The notes beneath the pieces were generated by a model. It was not told the origin of the DNA. It made no database searches and saw nothing but the letters and a program-made list of their open reading frames with translations. DNA of 27,888 nucleotides, taken from the NCBI GenBank assembly GCA_035703635.1, contig DASSXV010000019.1:1-27888 (forward strand), written 5' to 3'. The translations under genes and the position numbers were made by a program. Every line of letters starts with the position of its first letter. The stretch's first letter is position 1. This DNA comes from Trueperaceae bacterium (lineage in GTDB: Bacteria; Deinococcota; Deinococci; Deinococcales; Trueperaceae). Shown here one piece after another: positions 17,166 through 26,833 of the stretch.

Positions 17166-18396
17166 CAGGCATGGGGTGACTGAGGGCCAACTCCCGCACC
17201 GCCGCAGCTACCGCTTCGCCGTCTATGCCTTGCAAGCCGCGGTCGATGAGGTCAGCTACCGTAGCCATCTCGGCGAGCTCGAAACCGCGCGTAGTGACGG
17301 CCGGAGTGCCGATGCGTATGCCAGACGTTATCCAGGGCTTCTCAGGGTCGAACGGCACCATGCTCTTACTGACGGTGATGCCGACCTTGTCCAGCCGCTT
17401 GCTGGCCGTGTTGCCGTTGATGCCCTTGCCCTGGAGGTCGATGACGAACAGGTGGTTGTCCGTACCGCCGGAAACGATGCGGTAACCGCGTCCAGCCAGT
17501 TGCGCCGCTAACTCCTTGGCGTTCGCTAGCAGGCTGGCGGTGTAGTCGCGGAAGTCGGCGGTGAGCGCCTCGCGGAACGCCACCGCCTTGCCCGCGATGA
17601 CGTGCTCGAGCGGCCCGCCCTGAATGCCGGGGAAGATGGTGCGGTCGATCTTCTTGCCGATCTCCTCGTCGTTGCCGAAGATCAGACCTCCACGTGGCCC
17701 ACGCAGCGTCTTGTGGGTTGTGCTGGTCACGACGTGCGCGTGCGGCAGCGGGTGCGGGTGCAGGCCAGCGGCGATGGGCCCCGCGATGTGAGCAACGTCC
17801 GCGAGGAGCAACGCCCCGACCTCGTCCGCTATCGCCCTGAACTGCGCGAAGTCGATGAAGCGGCTGTACGCGCTGGCGCCAGCGATGATCATCTTCGGAC
17901 GGTGCTCGAGCGCTAGGTGCCGCACGGCGGCGAAGTCGATGGTCTCGGTTTCCTTGTCAACGGGGTAGCCGACGACCTCGTACGAGCGACCCGAGAAGTT
18001 GACCGGCGACCCGTGGGTGAGGTGCCCGCCGTGCGCCAAGTCCATGCCGAGGACCTTGTCGCCGTGCTCGAGGAGCGCGTAGTAGGCGGCGAAGTTGGCG
18101 TTGGAGCCAGAGTGCGGTTGCACGTTCACCCAACCGGCGCCGAAGAGCTCCTTGGCGCGGTCGATGGCGAGCTGCTCGACCAGGTCGATGACCTCGCAAC
18201 CGCCGTAGTAGCGCTTGCCCGGGTAACCCTCCGCGTACTTGTTGGTGAGGACGGAACCGACCGCCTCCATCACTTGGCGAGACACGAAGTTCTCTGAGGC
18301 GATGAGTTCAAGGCCGCTAGACTGGCGGGCGAACTCTGCGTCTATGAGCTCGAATATCCGCTCATCGCGGTCGGGAACATGCGTTCTGCGCGTCAT
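17161..18396 (-). CDS. glyA: Serine hydroxymethyltransferase
   Basis: [49 protein letters not shown]. Confidence 0.98.
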   Translation of the reverse strand: MTRRTHVPDRDERIFELIDAEFARQSSGLELIASENFVSRQVMEAVGSVLTNKYAEGYPGKRYYGGCEVIDLVEQLAIDRAKELFGAGWVNVQPHSGSNANFAAYYALLEHGDKVLGMDLAHGGHLTHGSPVNFSGRSYEVVGYPVDKETETIDFAAVRHLALEHRPKMIIAGASAYSRFIDFAQFRAIADEVGALLLADVAHIAGPIAAGLHPHPLPHAHVVTSTTHKTLRGPRGGLIFGNDEEIGKKIDRTIFPGIQGGPLEHVIAGKAVAFREALTADFRDYTASLLANAKELAAQLAGRGYRIVSGGTDNHLFVIDLQGKGINGNTASKRLDKVGITVSKSMVPFDPEKPWITSGIRIGTPAVTTRGFELAEMATVADLIDRGLQGIDGEAVAAAVRELALSHPMPG

Positions 18397-18403
18397 GGCC
18401 GCA

Positions 18404-18409
18404 AGTATA
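18404..18409 (-). promoter_or_regulatory. -10 box TATACT 7 nt before the glyA ATG (leaderless)
   Basis: Minus strand gggcTATACTtgcggccATG; no SD sequence. Confidence 0.7.
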
Positions 18410-18500
18410 GCCCTTGGGTCAACTGTCCTGGCGCGCCGAATGAATGCATGACACGCTGGCATTAGCGCGGGAAACACCCGGGCACTACGGGAGGTTGGAC

Positions 18501-19259
18501 ATGAACGACGGCGGAATCCTCAAGGGCAAAGTCGCGATCGTGACCGGCGCGGCGTCCGGCATCGGCCGGGCGATTGCGGAGATGTACGCACGCGAGGGCG
18601 CTAAGGTGCTCGTCTCAGACCTCAACGAAACGGCCGGTGCGGAGGTCGTCAAGGGCATCGAGGCGGCGGGCGGCACTGCCAGTTTCGTGCGAGCGGACGT
18701 AGCCAGCCCGGAAGCGAACGAGGCGCTTGCCAAGGCCGCCGTCGAGCGCTACGGCGCGCTGCACATCGCGTGCAACAACGCAGGCATCTCTGGCGAGACT
18801 GCGCCGGTGGCCGAGCAGTCGATAGCTTCGTGGCGCAAGGTCATCGAGGTGAACCTGAGCAGCGTGTTCTACGGCATGCGCGCGCAGATCCCAGCCATGC
18901 TGGCGAGCGGCGGCGGGTCCATCGTCAACATGGCGTCCATTCTCGGCAGGGTAGGGTTCGCGAACTCCGCTGCTTACGTCGCAGCCAAGCACGGGATCCT
19001 TGGCCTCACGGAGACGGCCGCCCTTGAGTACGCGACGCAAGGCGTGCGGGTCAATTCTGTCGGGCCAGGCTTCATCTCGACGCCGCTGCTCGAGGTCCTC
19101 CCGGCCGAGGCCCTAGAGGCGATCAAGGCCATGCACCCGGTGAACCGACTCGGCGTCGCGACGGAAGTGGCCGAGCTGGTCGTGTTCCTCTCGTCGAGCA
19201 AGGCGTCGTTCATCACGGGCGCGTACTACCCGGTGGACGGTGGTTACCTCGCTAGGTGA
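18501..19259 (+). CDS. Classical SDR family oxidoreductase (probably NAD-preferring)
   Basis: TGAASGIG, Asp after beta2 (VSDLN), NNAG, YVAAK, VDGG; GGGAGG RBS before ATG 18501. Confidence 0.93.
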   Translation: MNDGGILKGKVAIVTGAASGIGRAIAEMYAREGAKVLVSDLNETAGAEVVKGIEAAGGTASFVRADVASPEANEALAKAAVERYGALHIACNNAGISGETAPVAEQSIASWRKVIEVNLSSVFYGMRAQIPAMLASGGGSIVNMASILGRVGFANSAAYVAAKHGILGLTETAALEYATQGVRVNSVGPGFISTPLLEVLPAEALEAIKAMHPVNRLGVATEVAELVVFLSSSKASFITGAYYPVDGGYLAR

Positions 19260-19271
19260 TCGCGCGTGACG

Positions 19272-19928
19272 CTACAAGAAGGGCGCCAGGAGGGCGCTCG
19301 CGCGCTCGAGTTTGCTGACGCTGCCAGCTACTAGCGGCATGAACTCCGCAAGCGCAGCGCCCACCTGCCGGAGTTCGTCGCCAGAGGTGCCACCGACCGC
19401 CTCGACCTCGACCTCTGAGAAGAGGGCTTCGTCGATGAGCGCGTCGGTTGCGCCAGCACTGGGCGGGCGGCAAGACACTTCGTCGAAGGCGAGTTCCGCC
19501 AGCGGCTGCCCGCCGCGGGACAGGAGGAACACCTCTCGCAGGGTGACTATCTCGAGACGCGGCACTAACGCGGCGAGGTCGACGATGCCAGCCAGACGCG
19601 CGGTGATGGGCGCCGGCCAGGCGGGCGCACCACCTGGCAGTGCAGGCGCGAGCGCTACCTCCAACTCCTCGCGCTCGAAGAGTCCGGCCGCCGCGTCGCC
19701 GCGCCCCTTGACGGCGGCGACCTTGCCGCCAGTGGTCGTGCGGATGCGCAGTGCCAGGCGGGCACGCTCGAGCGCGAGGTCGGGGCTGTCGAAGTACACG
19801 TCGCTCTGCCTGCGGGCAGTGCCTGGTCCGACGTGCAGGCCGAGTCCCTTGAACACTGCCTCGAGCTCGGGGCCTTCGGGTACCCGACCCTCCAGCGAGG
19901 AGTACTTGAGTTCCAGTTCGCGCGCCAC
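19272..19928 (-). CDS. CYTH (triphosphate tunnel metalloenzyme) domain protein
   Basis: ELELKY, DVYFDSPD, ALRIR, REELE, EVEVE, SKLER; TACACT 5 nt before GTG. Confidence 0.88.
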   Translation of the reverse strand: MARELELKYSSLEGRVPEGPELEAVFKGLGLHVGPGTARRQSDVYFDSPDLALERARLALRIRTTTGGKVAAVKGRGDAAAGLFEREELEVALAPALPGGAPAWPAPITARLAGIVDLAALVPRLEIVTLREVFLLSRGGQPLAELAFDEVSCRPPSAGATDALIDEALFSEVEVEAVGGTSGDELRQVGAALAEFMPLVAGSVSKLERASALLAPFL

Positions 19929-19933
19929 GACCG

Positions 19934-19965
19934 AGTGTAACCGCGTCAGGTGGCGGTGCTACACT
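19934..19965. promoter_or_regulatory. Back-to-back TACACT -10 boxes for CYTH (minus, 19934-19939) and EF-G2 (plus, 19960-19965)
   Basis: agtgta and tgcTACACT separated by 20 nt. Confidence 0.6.
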
Positions 19966-20035
19966 CACTTAACGGGCTAAGCATGTGCGTGCAACCTAGG
20001 CGGCCGCGGCCGCCGCAACAAGAGAGGGAGCCGAG

Positions 20036-22093
20036 ATGTCGCAGATCCGCAACGTTGCCGTCTTGTCGCACAGCGGTGCGGGCAAGACGTCTCTGGTAGA
20101 GGCCATGCTCTTCCGGGCTGGCGCCATCCCCACCTTGGGGAAGGTCGAGGACGGCACCACCGTATCCGACGTGACTCCCGAGGAGAAGCGCCGCAAGATC
20201 TCCATCTACTCGAGCGTGCAGCCACTCACCTGGAAGGGTGAGGAGTTCAACATCATCGACACGCCCGGTTACGCCGACTTCGTCAGCGAGATCCGCGGCG
20301 CGCAGGCCGCGGCCGACGCCGCCATCATCGTCGTCTCCGCCGTCTCTGGCGTGGCCGTGGGCACGGAGCGCGTATGGACGTCGAGCTTCGAGCGCGAACT
20401 CTCGACCATGTTCGTCATCAACAAGATGGACCGTGAGAACGCGGACTTCTTCCGCACCATGGCTGACATCGAGGCCACCCTGCCGGGCAACATCGCGGCC
20501 ATCCAACTGCCCATCGGGCAGGCGGAGAACTTCCGCGGCATCGTAGACCTCCTCACCATGCGGGCTTACGAGTTCCCGGAAGGTGACCCCGTCGAGATCC
20601 CGATCCCAGACGAGGTAGGCGGGCTCGCGCAGGAGTACCGCGACCGCTTGGTAGAGGCCGTCGTCGAGACCGACGACGAGCTGATGATGCAGTACCTCGA
20701 AGAGATGACTATCGACCAGGACGCACTGCTGGCGGCGTTCTACGCGGCCGTGAGGCGCAACGACCTAACGCCCGTGCTCCTCGCCTCTGCAAGCAAGGTC
20801 ATGGGCATCAGCTTGTTGCTTGACTTCCTCACGCGCGGCGTGCGCCACGTCGAGGACCACGGGCCGTTACCTGTTGTGTCTGGCACGGCGCCAACCCTCG
20901 GTGATGACCAACCGTTCAGCGCCCGCGTGTTCAAGACCGTGGTCGACCCGTACCTCGGCAAGGTCTCGATGATGCGGGTGCTGTCAGGGAGGCTGAAGGC
21001 GGGCGAACCGCTCAAGGACGCCTCCAACGGCGCCGACCTGCGTACTAACCACCTCTACACGCCGCGCGGCAAGGACCTAACCGAGGTGCGGGAGTTGCTC
21101 CCCGGCATGATCGGGGCGCTGACCAAAGCGGACGAGGTGCGCACTGGCGACACGCTGACGGCCCCGGGCGCCGAGTTCGTGCTAGCGCCCATCCGCCTGC
21201 CGTCACCCGTCATGGCGTTGGCGCTATTCCCGAAGGCGCGGCTCGACGAGGACAAGATGGGCGAGGCGCTGAGCAAGCTCCTCGACGCCGACCCGACCTT
21301 GGTCCTCGAACGTAACCCCGACACCAAGGAGACCGTCCTGTGGGGCATGGGCCACGTGCACCTCGAGATAGCGGTAGCGGCGATGCGCGACCGCTTCGGG
21401 GTCGAGGTCGAGACGAGGCCGCCGGCCATCGCCTACCGCGAGACCATCCAGGGCACCGGTGACGCCCGTTACCGTCACAAGAAGCAGTCCGGCGGTTCCG
21501 GCCAGTTCGCCGAAGTCGCCCTCACCGTCGAGCCGCTACCGCGCGGCGGCGGCTTTGAGTTCGTGTGGAAGGTCGTCGGCGGCACCATCCCGACGCAGTT
21601 CATGACGAGCTGCGAGAAGGGCGCCCGGGCGGGCATGGAGGCGGGCGTGCTCGCTGGCTTTCCCCTGCAGGACGTCAAGGTGACCGTCTACGACGGCAAG
21701 GACCACCCCGTCGACTCGAAGGACATCGCCTTTCAGTTCGCGGCCACGCAGGCCATGCGCGAAGCGCTGGCGCAGGCGCTGCCGATCCTGCTCGAACCTT
21801 TGGCTCTCATAAAGGTGAGGGTGCCGGACCGCTTCACTGGCGACGTGATCTCCGACCTCAACACGCGCCGCGGGCGCATCTTGGGCATGGACAGCGAGGG
21901 GTCCGTGAGCGTCGTCAGCGCCCACGTCCCGCTCTCGGAGATCCAGTCGTATTCGGCTGACTTGCGGAGCATGACGGGCGGCAGGGGTGCGTTCTCGTTG
22001 AAGGTCGACCGTTACGAGGCGGTTCCGGCTCAGGCAGTCGAGCGCGTGCTGGCCGACGCCAAGCACGCGCCAGCCTCAGGCCAGGGCGGCTAG
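20036..22093 (+). CDS. fusA2: Elongation factor G paralogue (EF-G2 type)
   Basis: SHSGAGKTS, RKISI, DTPGYADF, NKMD, GMGHVHLEI, YRETI, KKQSGGSGQF, LRSMTGGRG; GGGAG RBS. Confidence 0.92.
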   Translation: MSQIRNVAVLSHSGAGKTSLVEAMLFRAGAIPTLGKVEDGTTVSDVTPEEKRRKISIYSSVQPLTWKGEEFNIIDTPGYADFVSEIRGAQAAADAAIIVVSAVSGVAVGTERVWTSSFERELSTMFVINKMDRENADFFRTMADIEATLPGNIAAIQLPIGQAENFRGIVDLLTMRAYEFPEGDPVEIPIPDEVGGLAQEYRDRLVEAVVETDDELMMQYLEEMTIDQDALLAAFYAAVRRNDLTPVLLASASKVMGISLLLDFLTRGVRHVEDHGPLPVVSGTAPTLGDDQPFSARVFKTVVDPYLGKVSMMRVLSGRLKAGEPLKDASNGADLRTNHLYTPRGKDLTEVRELLPGMIGALTKADEVRTGDTLTAPGAEFVLAPIRLPSPVMALALFPKARLDEDKMGEALSKLLDADPTLVLERNPDTKETVLWGMGHVHLEIAVAAMRDRFGVEVETRPPAIAYRETIQGTGDARYRHKKQSGGSGQFAEVALTVEPLPRGGGFEFVWKVVGGTIPTQFMTSCEKGARAGMEAGVLAGFPLQDVKVTVYDGKDHPVDSKDIAFQFAATQAMREALAQALPILLEPLALIKVRVPDRFTGDVISDLNTRRGRILGMDSEGSVSVVSAHVPLSEIQSYSADLRSMTGGRGAFSLKVDRYEAVPAQAVERVLADAKHAPASGQGG

Positions 22094-22921
22094 TTGTTCT
22101 GCTACGTCCTGCGCTAGTTCGCGGCCGAGGTCTTCCGCCTCACGCGCTTCGCCGGTCAGGCTCGCCTGCAGGACGGTCGCGCCTTGGGCGACCGCACCGA
22201 ACAGGGTCAGCTCGCCGTCCTCGGTGACGGTGGCCAGAGCGCCAACGTGGCGGCCCGGCAGTGCCGCCGCGAACGCCCGCTCCGCACGAACGCGGTCGAG
22301 GCTCGGGCGGTGTTGCAGCGAGTACGCGGTCTCGAACGCCAAGTCGTCATCGTTCCTCACGACCAGGCCGACGGCGCTCTGCGCAGGAGACGGCGTGAAG
22401 ATCGCCTCGTCCAACACGGCGTTAACGGCACTACGCAGGTCAAGGGCGACGAGCGTGGCGGCAGGCAGCACCACGGCGTCGACTTCGACGGCCAGACGCT
22501 TCAGGAGGATAGCGGGCGCGGACGTGTCTACCTCGAGGCGCAGCTGCGGTTGCGTCGCATGCAGGAAGGCCGCGTCGCGTTCTGACGCTGCCAGTACGGT
22601 GGCGCCGTCGGGTAGTGCGCTGAAAGCCGCGCGCCCCTTTGCCGCCAATGCGGAGCGCGGCTCAGGGCGCCGCACTACCGCAGCTAGGCGCAGGCCGTCT
22701 GGTAGCACGAACGGGAGGGTCTCAAGCTGCACGACCGCGATGGCTACTTCGTCTCGCAGCAAGGCGGTGAGGAGCGGTCCAGATTCCTGGCCCGCGGTCT
22801 TGGGCACGGTGCGCAGCGAGAGGTGGAGGTCGGGCCACTCTTCCGAAAGCCGTTCGAGGACGCTTCTAGCGTTGAGGATCGCGAGGGAGCCCTCACGGTT
22901 GCCCAGAACAATCCTGGTCAT
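22076..22921 (-). CDS. Porphobilinogen deaminase (HemC)-fold protein lacking catalytic residues
   Basis: IVLGNREGSLA, LPDGLRLAAVVRRPEPRSAL, PSPAQSAVGL, AERAF follow HemC; the ORF has no cysteine; its 3' end overlaps the EF-G2 gene by 18 nt. Confidence 0.8.
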   Translation of the reverse strand: MTRIVLGNREGSLAILNARSVLERLSEEWPDLHLSLRTVPKTAGQESGPLLTALLRDEVAIAVVQLETLPFVLPDGLRLAAVVRRPEPRSALAAKGRAAFSALPDGATVLAASERDAAFLHATQPQLRLEVDTSAPAILLKRLAVEVDAVVLPAATLVALDLRSAVNAVLDEAIFTPSPAQSAVGLVVRNDDDLAFETAYSLQHRPSLDRVRAERAFAAALPGRHVGALATVTEDGELTLFGAVAQGATVLQASLTGEAREAEDLGRELAQDVAEQLAALA

Positions 22922-22982
22922 GGCAACATTTGTACCATGAGCCACTCAGGGCAAGGCGGCAAAATACGCGTGCTGGCGGGCA

Positions 22983-24155
22983 TTAACCTGCTGCAAGCGC
23001 GGCTTTGAGAGAGTCAGCTCGCGCCACGCTCTCCCACGGGAAGCCGTCGCGACCGAAGTGGCCGTACGCGCTGGTAGCGGCGTAAAGCGGTCTCCGCAGC
23101 CCAAGCTGCTCGATGATGGCGGCCGGCCGAGCGTCGAACTCGCTGCGCACGAGCTCCGTGAGGCGTTCATCTGCTACCACGCCCGTGCCGAACGTATCGA
23201 CGTACATGCCGACTGGCCGCGCCACCCCGATGGCGTACGCGAGTTGTACCTGGCAACGCTTAGCTAACCCGGCCGCCACGACGTTCTTGGCTATGAAGCG
23301 CGCGTAGTAGCTGGCCGAGCGGTCCACTTTGGTCGGGTCCTTGCCGCTGAAGGCGCCGCCGCCGTGCGGGGCCGCGCCGCCATACGTGTCGACGATGATC
23401 TTGCGGCCCGTAAGGCCGGCGTCTGCAGTTGGCCCGCCCTCGACGAAGCGTCCGGTGGGGTTGATCAGGAATGCCGTGCTGCTCGTGAGGAGCGCCTTCG
23501 GAACAACGGCCTCGAGCACGTGCTCCATGAGGTCGGCGCGCATCTGGTCGAGGCTGACGTCCGGGTCGTGTTGTGCCGATAGGACGACGTTGCGCAGGTG
23601 AACGGCGACGCCGTCCTCGTAAGCCAAGGTCACTTGCGCCTTGCCGTCTGGCCTGAGGTAAGGCAGGGTGCGGTCGCGCCTTACTTGGGCGAGGCGCGCG
23701 GCTACGCGGTGAGCTAGTTGGATGGGCAGCGGCATGAACTCTGGCGTTTCGTCGACGGCGTAGCCGAACATCAGCCCTTGGTCGCCTGCGCCCGTGAGGT
23801 CGTAAGCGTCGCCGCTGGCGGCCTCCTGCGCGTGGTCAACGCCTTGCTTGATGTCTGGCGACTGCTCGTTCAGTGCTATCAGGACGGCGCTATGATCCGC
23901 GTCGAAGCCGTAAGCCGCGTCGGTGTAGCCGACCTCGCGCGCTGCCTCGCGCACGATGGCTTGCACGTCGACGTCAGCGTTGGTGGTGACCTCACCGGCG
24001 ACGAGCGCCAGCCCGCGGGTAAGCAGCGTTTCTGCCGCCACCCTGGCCAGCGGGTCTTGCTGCAAGATGGCGTCGAGCACGCTGTCGCTGATGCGATCAG
24101 CGAGCTTGTCAGGGTGCCCTTCGGTGACACTTTCGGCGCTAACTAGGCGCAACAC
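22983..24155 (-). CDS. metK: S-adenosylmethionine synthetase
   Basis: [57 protein letters not shown] 8 nt before GTG 24155. Confidence 0.98.
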   Translation of the reverse strand: MLRLVSAESVTEGHPDKLADRISDSVLDAILQQDPLARVAAETLLTRGLALVAGEVTTNADVDVQAIVREAAREVGYTDAAYGFDADHSAVLIALNEQSPDIKQGVDHAQEAASGDAYDLTGAGDQGLMFGYAVDETPEFMPLPIQLAHRVAARLAQVRRDRTLPYLRPDGKAQVTLAYEDGVAVHLRNVVLSAQHDPDVSLDQMRADLMEHVLEAVVPKALLTSSTAFLINPTGRFVEGGPTADAGLTGRKIIVDTYGGAAPHGGGAFSGKDPTKVDRSASYYARFIAKNVVAAGLAKRCQVQLAYAIGVARPVGMYVDTFGTGVVADERLTELVRSEFDARPAAIIEQLGLRRPLYAATSAYGHFGRDGFPWESVARADSLKAALAAG

Positions 24156-24226
24156 GGTGAGAACCTCCACGTTCACGGCCACCGGCTACGCTTTGGCGGC
24201 GCCCACCAGGATATCAGGGGCGCAAC

Positions 24227-24232
24227 TATAAT
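24227..24232 (+). promoter_or_regulatory. Consensus -10 TATAAT 6 nt before the GNAT GTG (leaderless)
   Basis: aacTATAATcgggtcGTG; overlaps a minus-strand TATAGT (24225-24230). Confidence 0.7.
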
Positions 24233-24238
24233 CGGGTC

Positions 24239-24742
24239 GTGATCGTGAGGAGCGCCACGCCAGACGACGCTAACGCCGTGCGTGACCTCCTGGCTGGCAT
24301 CTACCGCGAGGGTGGCGCGTTCGTGGGGGACGGCGCCGAGGGCGCTGGCGCACTGGCGGCGCGCATCGGCGGGTTGGGCTCTCGTAGTTGTTACGTCGTT
24401 GCCGTCGAGCGCGGCGACGTGGTCGGTTGGTTGGAGCTGCACCGCTCACCGGCCCGCCGGCTCGAGCACGTTGCGGTCCTCACCCTGGCAGTGGCGCCGC
24501 GGGCGCGGCGGCGCGGCGCGGCTCATGAGCTGCTGCGCGCTGGTTACGCGTGGTGCAGGCAAGTAGGGGTCCTCAAGATGGCTTTGCACGTGCGGGCGGG
24601 TAATGCGGCCGCCGTGCGCCTTTACGAGAGCGAGGGCTTCTCGCTAGAGGGCCGCGAGGTGCGCCAGGTGCAACGCCTGCAGAGCGAAGGTGGAGGTTTC
24701 GAGGACAACCTCGTCATGGGTAAGTGGCTTTCAGACGACTAG
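24239..24742 (+). CDS. GNAT family N-acetyltransferase
   Basis: VRSATPDD, LAVAPRARRRGAA (motif A), NAAAVRLYESEGF (motif B). Confidence 0.9.
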   Translation: MIVRSATPDDANAVRDLLAGIYREGGAFVGDGAEGAGALAARIGGLGSRSCYVVAVERGDVVGWLELHRSPARRLEHVAVLTLAVAPRARRRGAAHELLRAGYAWCRQVGVLKMALHVRAGNAAAVRLYESEGFSLEGREVRQVQRLQSEGGGFEDNLVMGKWLSDD

Positions 24743-24771
24743 CGCTCGTCTGCGCGGCGCTTGGTGCGGGG

Positions 24772-24777
24772 TAGACT
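24772..24777 (+). promoter_or_regulatory. -10 TAGACT 6 nt before the NYN gene GTG (leaderless)
   Basis: gggTAGACTgcggccGTG. Confidence 0.65.
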
Positions 24778-24783
24778 GCGGCC

Positions 24784-25341
24784 GTGGAGTCAGCCAACGT
24801 GCCGGCCGCGCCGTCGCCACTGCCGGGCGAGAGCCCAACGCAGCGGGTGGCGCTGTTCGTTGATACTCAGAACCTCTACTACGCGGCGCGCGACAACCAT
24901 AACGCCAGCGTCGATTATCAGCGCCTGCTAGCTGCCTGCCTGCGCGGTCGCCACCTGGCGCACGCCAACGCCTACGTGGTCGAGCGCGACGGCGACACCA
25001 CCGCCTACGGTTTCTTCGGGAAACTCTCCGCGCTTGGTTACCGCGTCAAACGCCGTAAGGTGCGGGTGCACAGGGTAGACGACGATGGCGCCGTCAAGCT
25101 CGAGGGTGACTGGGACATGGGCATCGCAGCAGACATCGTGCGTGGCCTCGAGAGCGCCGACGTCATCGCGCTGGCAAGCGGCGACGGCGATTTCGCCCCC
25201 ATCCTCGAGCTGGCGCAAGAGCGCGGCAAACGCGTCGAGGTCCTAGCGTTCCGCGAGGTGGCTGGTCAGGCGCTTCAAGACCTCGCCGATCGCTTCCTCG
25301 CCCTCAATGACGTGCCCGGCATCTTCTTGGCCAACAAGTAG
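24784..25341 (+). CDS. NYN domain protein (LabA/DUF88, PIN-like fold)
   Basis: ALFVDTQNL, GDWDMGIAAD, LASGDGDF, GKRVEV, LADRF. Confidence 0.92.
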   Translation: MESANVPAAPSPLPGESPTQRVALFVDTQNLYYAARDNHNASVDYQRLLAACLRGRHLAHANAYVVERDGDTTAYGFFGKLSALGYRVKRRKVRVHRVDDDGAVKLEGDWDMGIAADIVRGLESADVIALASGDGDFAPILELAQERGKRVEVLAFREVAGQALQDLADRFLALNDVPGIFLANK

Positions 25342-25364
25342 CGGCCTTCGACTAGCGAAAACCG

Positions 25365-26669
25365 TTAGTCGGTTGGCCAGCGCGCGTCGCGGGCGCTCAA
25401 GTGCGCGGCGTAAGCGCGGAAGTACGCCTGAATGCCCCGTTCGCGGGCGTCAAGCGCGCGGGTCACGGCCTGGGAGTTGCGGGTGAGGTTGCGGGCTTCA
25501 GTTGGGTCGTCGCGCCTGATGACGGCGAGCTGGAGGGCCTCGTCGAGCAGCTCGAGTTCGACTGTGGCGCGCTCCAGGCCGGTGCGGGTGGTTGTCTCAG
25601 TGGCTAGCTGCGCGACGTCGAACGCGGCTAGTTCCGCGCGCGCAGCCACTGCGTTCGCCTCCGCCCGAACCAGCGCGGCGCCCAAGCTCTCGTCTAGCCG
25701 CACGTTGGCGCTGAGCTGCACGCGCCAAGCGTCCTTCCCGCTAGGGCGCCAGCGCAGCGCAAGGTTGGCGTCTGGTCGGCCGGCGGCCAGCCCAACGCTG
25801 GCAGTGGCGCGGCCCCCGCCTTCTTGATAGTGGGCTTCGAGGCGCAGGTCGCGCACGGGCGCCCAGAGGGCACGGGCGTGGAGGGCCTCAGCGACCTCTA
25901 GTGCGGCTTGTAGCGTACGCCTAGCGGCATGGTCCTCTCGGTCCGCCGCAGCCGCTTCTGGGAGGGGTGTCAGCACGCAGAGTTCATCCTGCCAGCCTGG
26001 CGCTTGAACACCGAGGGCCGCCAATACGTCCAGTTGCGCCGTGGTGGCGGCGGCCGCGTCTTGCAGCGTCAGTTCGGCGCGGCGCGCTTGGAGTCGTGCC
26101 TCACGCTCATCGGCGGTCCCTGCTGCACTTGCGAGGTTCGCGATAGCCGACTCCAGCGCCGCGGCGGCCGTGGCCTCTGCTCGTTCGGCCACGCGCAAAC
26201 GACTAAGTGCCACGAGGGCGTCCAGCACGTCGTTACGGCGCTGGGCCGCGAGCGCGGTCTCGGCGGTAACAAGGGCTGCACTGGCGCGAGCGATGGCTGC
26301 CTCGTCGTGGCGGTAGCCGACGGCAGCGTCGAACTGGTAACCCACGATGTCGAGGGTGGCTAGCTCATCTGCCCGGTCGGTGTCGTTGCCCACGCCGACG
26401 GTCGGGCGCACACCGATGCTCGCGGTGACCCCCTGCTGAGCCAGCGCGAGCTCTGTCCGGCGCTGCGCCACGGCGTCTTCGCGCGCCAAGGCGCCAGCGG
26501 ACTGCGCGGCGGCTGCCGCGGCCAGGTCGAGGTGCAGGCGCTGGTCGCACGTTGCCGCTGCGCTGGCCGGCGCTGCCTGCAGGAGCGCGAACACGAGCAG
26601 CGCAGGCCGGACCCCCGGCGGCTTGCGGAGCGGATGCTGGCGAAGGTGTACAGCTAACGAAGTGAGCAC
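25365..26669 (-). CDS. Divergent TolC/outer-membrane-factor-like protein
   Basis: Signal-like LLVFALLQAAPASA; two repeats of long Ala-rich helices flanking amphipathic beta strands; start uncertain (GTG 26669 has AGGGG upstream). Confidence 0.55.
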   Translation of the reverse strand: MLTSLAVHLRQHPLRKPPGVRPALLVFALLQAAPASAAATCDQRLHLDLAAAAAAQSAGALAREDAVAQRRTELALAQQGVTASIGVRPTVGVGNDTDRADELATLDIVGYQFDAAVGYRHDEAAIARASAALVTAETALAAQRRNDVLDALVALSRLRVAERAEATAAAALESAIANLASAAGTADEREARLQARRAELTLQDAAAATTAQLDVLAALGVQAPGWQDELCVLTPLPEAAAADREDHAARRTLQAALEVAEALHARALWAPVRDLRLEAHYQEGGGRATASVGLAAGRPDANLALRWRPSGKDAWRVQLSANVRLDESLGAALVRAEANAVAARAELAAFDVAQLATETTTRTGLERATVELELLDEALQLAVIRRDDPTEARNLTRNSQAVTRALDARERGIQAYFRAYAAHLSARDARWPTD

Positions 26670-26821
26670 GGGCGTCCCCCTGCTTGCGCAGCAGCCAGCT
26701 CGCGCGCAAGAGCCGCGGCCGAGCAGTGCGCCATGTTGTGGTGCCAACAACCATAGCCTAGCTGAGGGTTCCGGGGGTGGTTCCCTCCAGATTCGCGCCC
26801 GGAATAGAGCGCGCGCCAACG

Positions 26822-26827
26822 TAGTAT
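26822..26827 (+). promoter_or_regulatory. -10 TAGTAT 6 nt before the ugd ATG (leaderless)
   Basis: acgTAGTATggggtcATG. Confidence 0.6.
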
Positions 26828-26833
26828 GGGGTC

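Noticed and set aside
18397-18500. Riboswitch (ZTP/glycine/THF) upstream of glyA
   Set aside because: -10 box is 7 nt from the ATG, leaving no leader; no aptamer consensus seen
24156-24230. SAM-I or SAM-II riboswitch upstream of metK
   Set aside because: No ATC...GAT S-box core and too short for SAM-I; AAAGCGTAGC only loosely recalls SAM-II and no pseudoknot partner is visible
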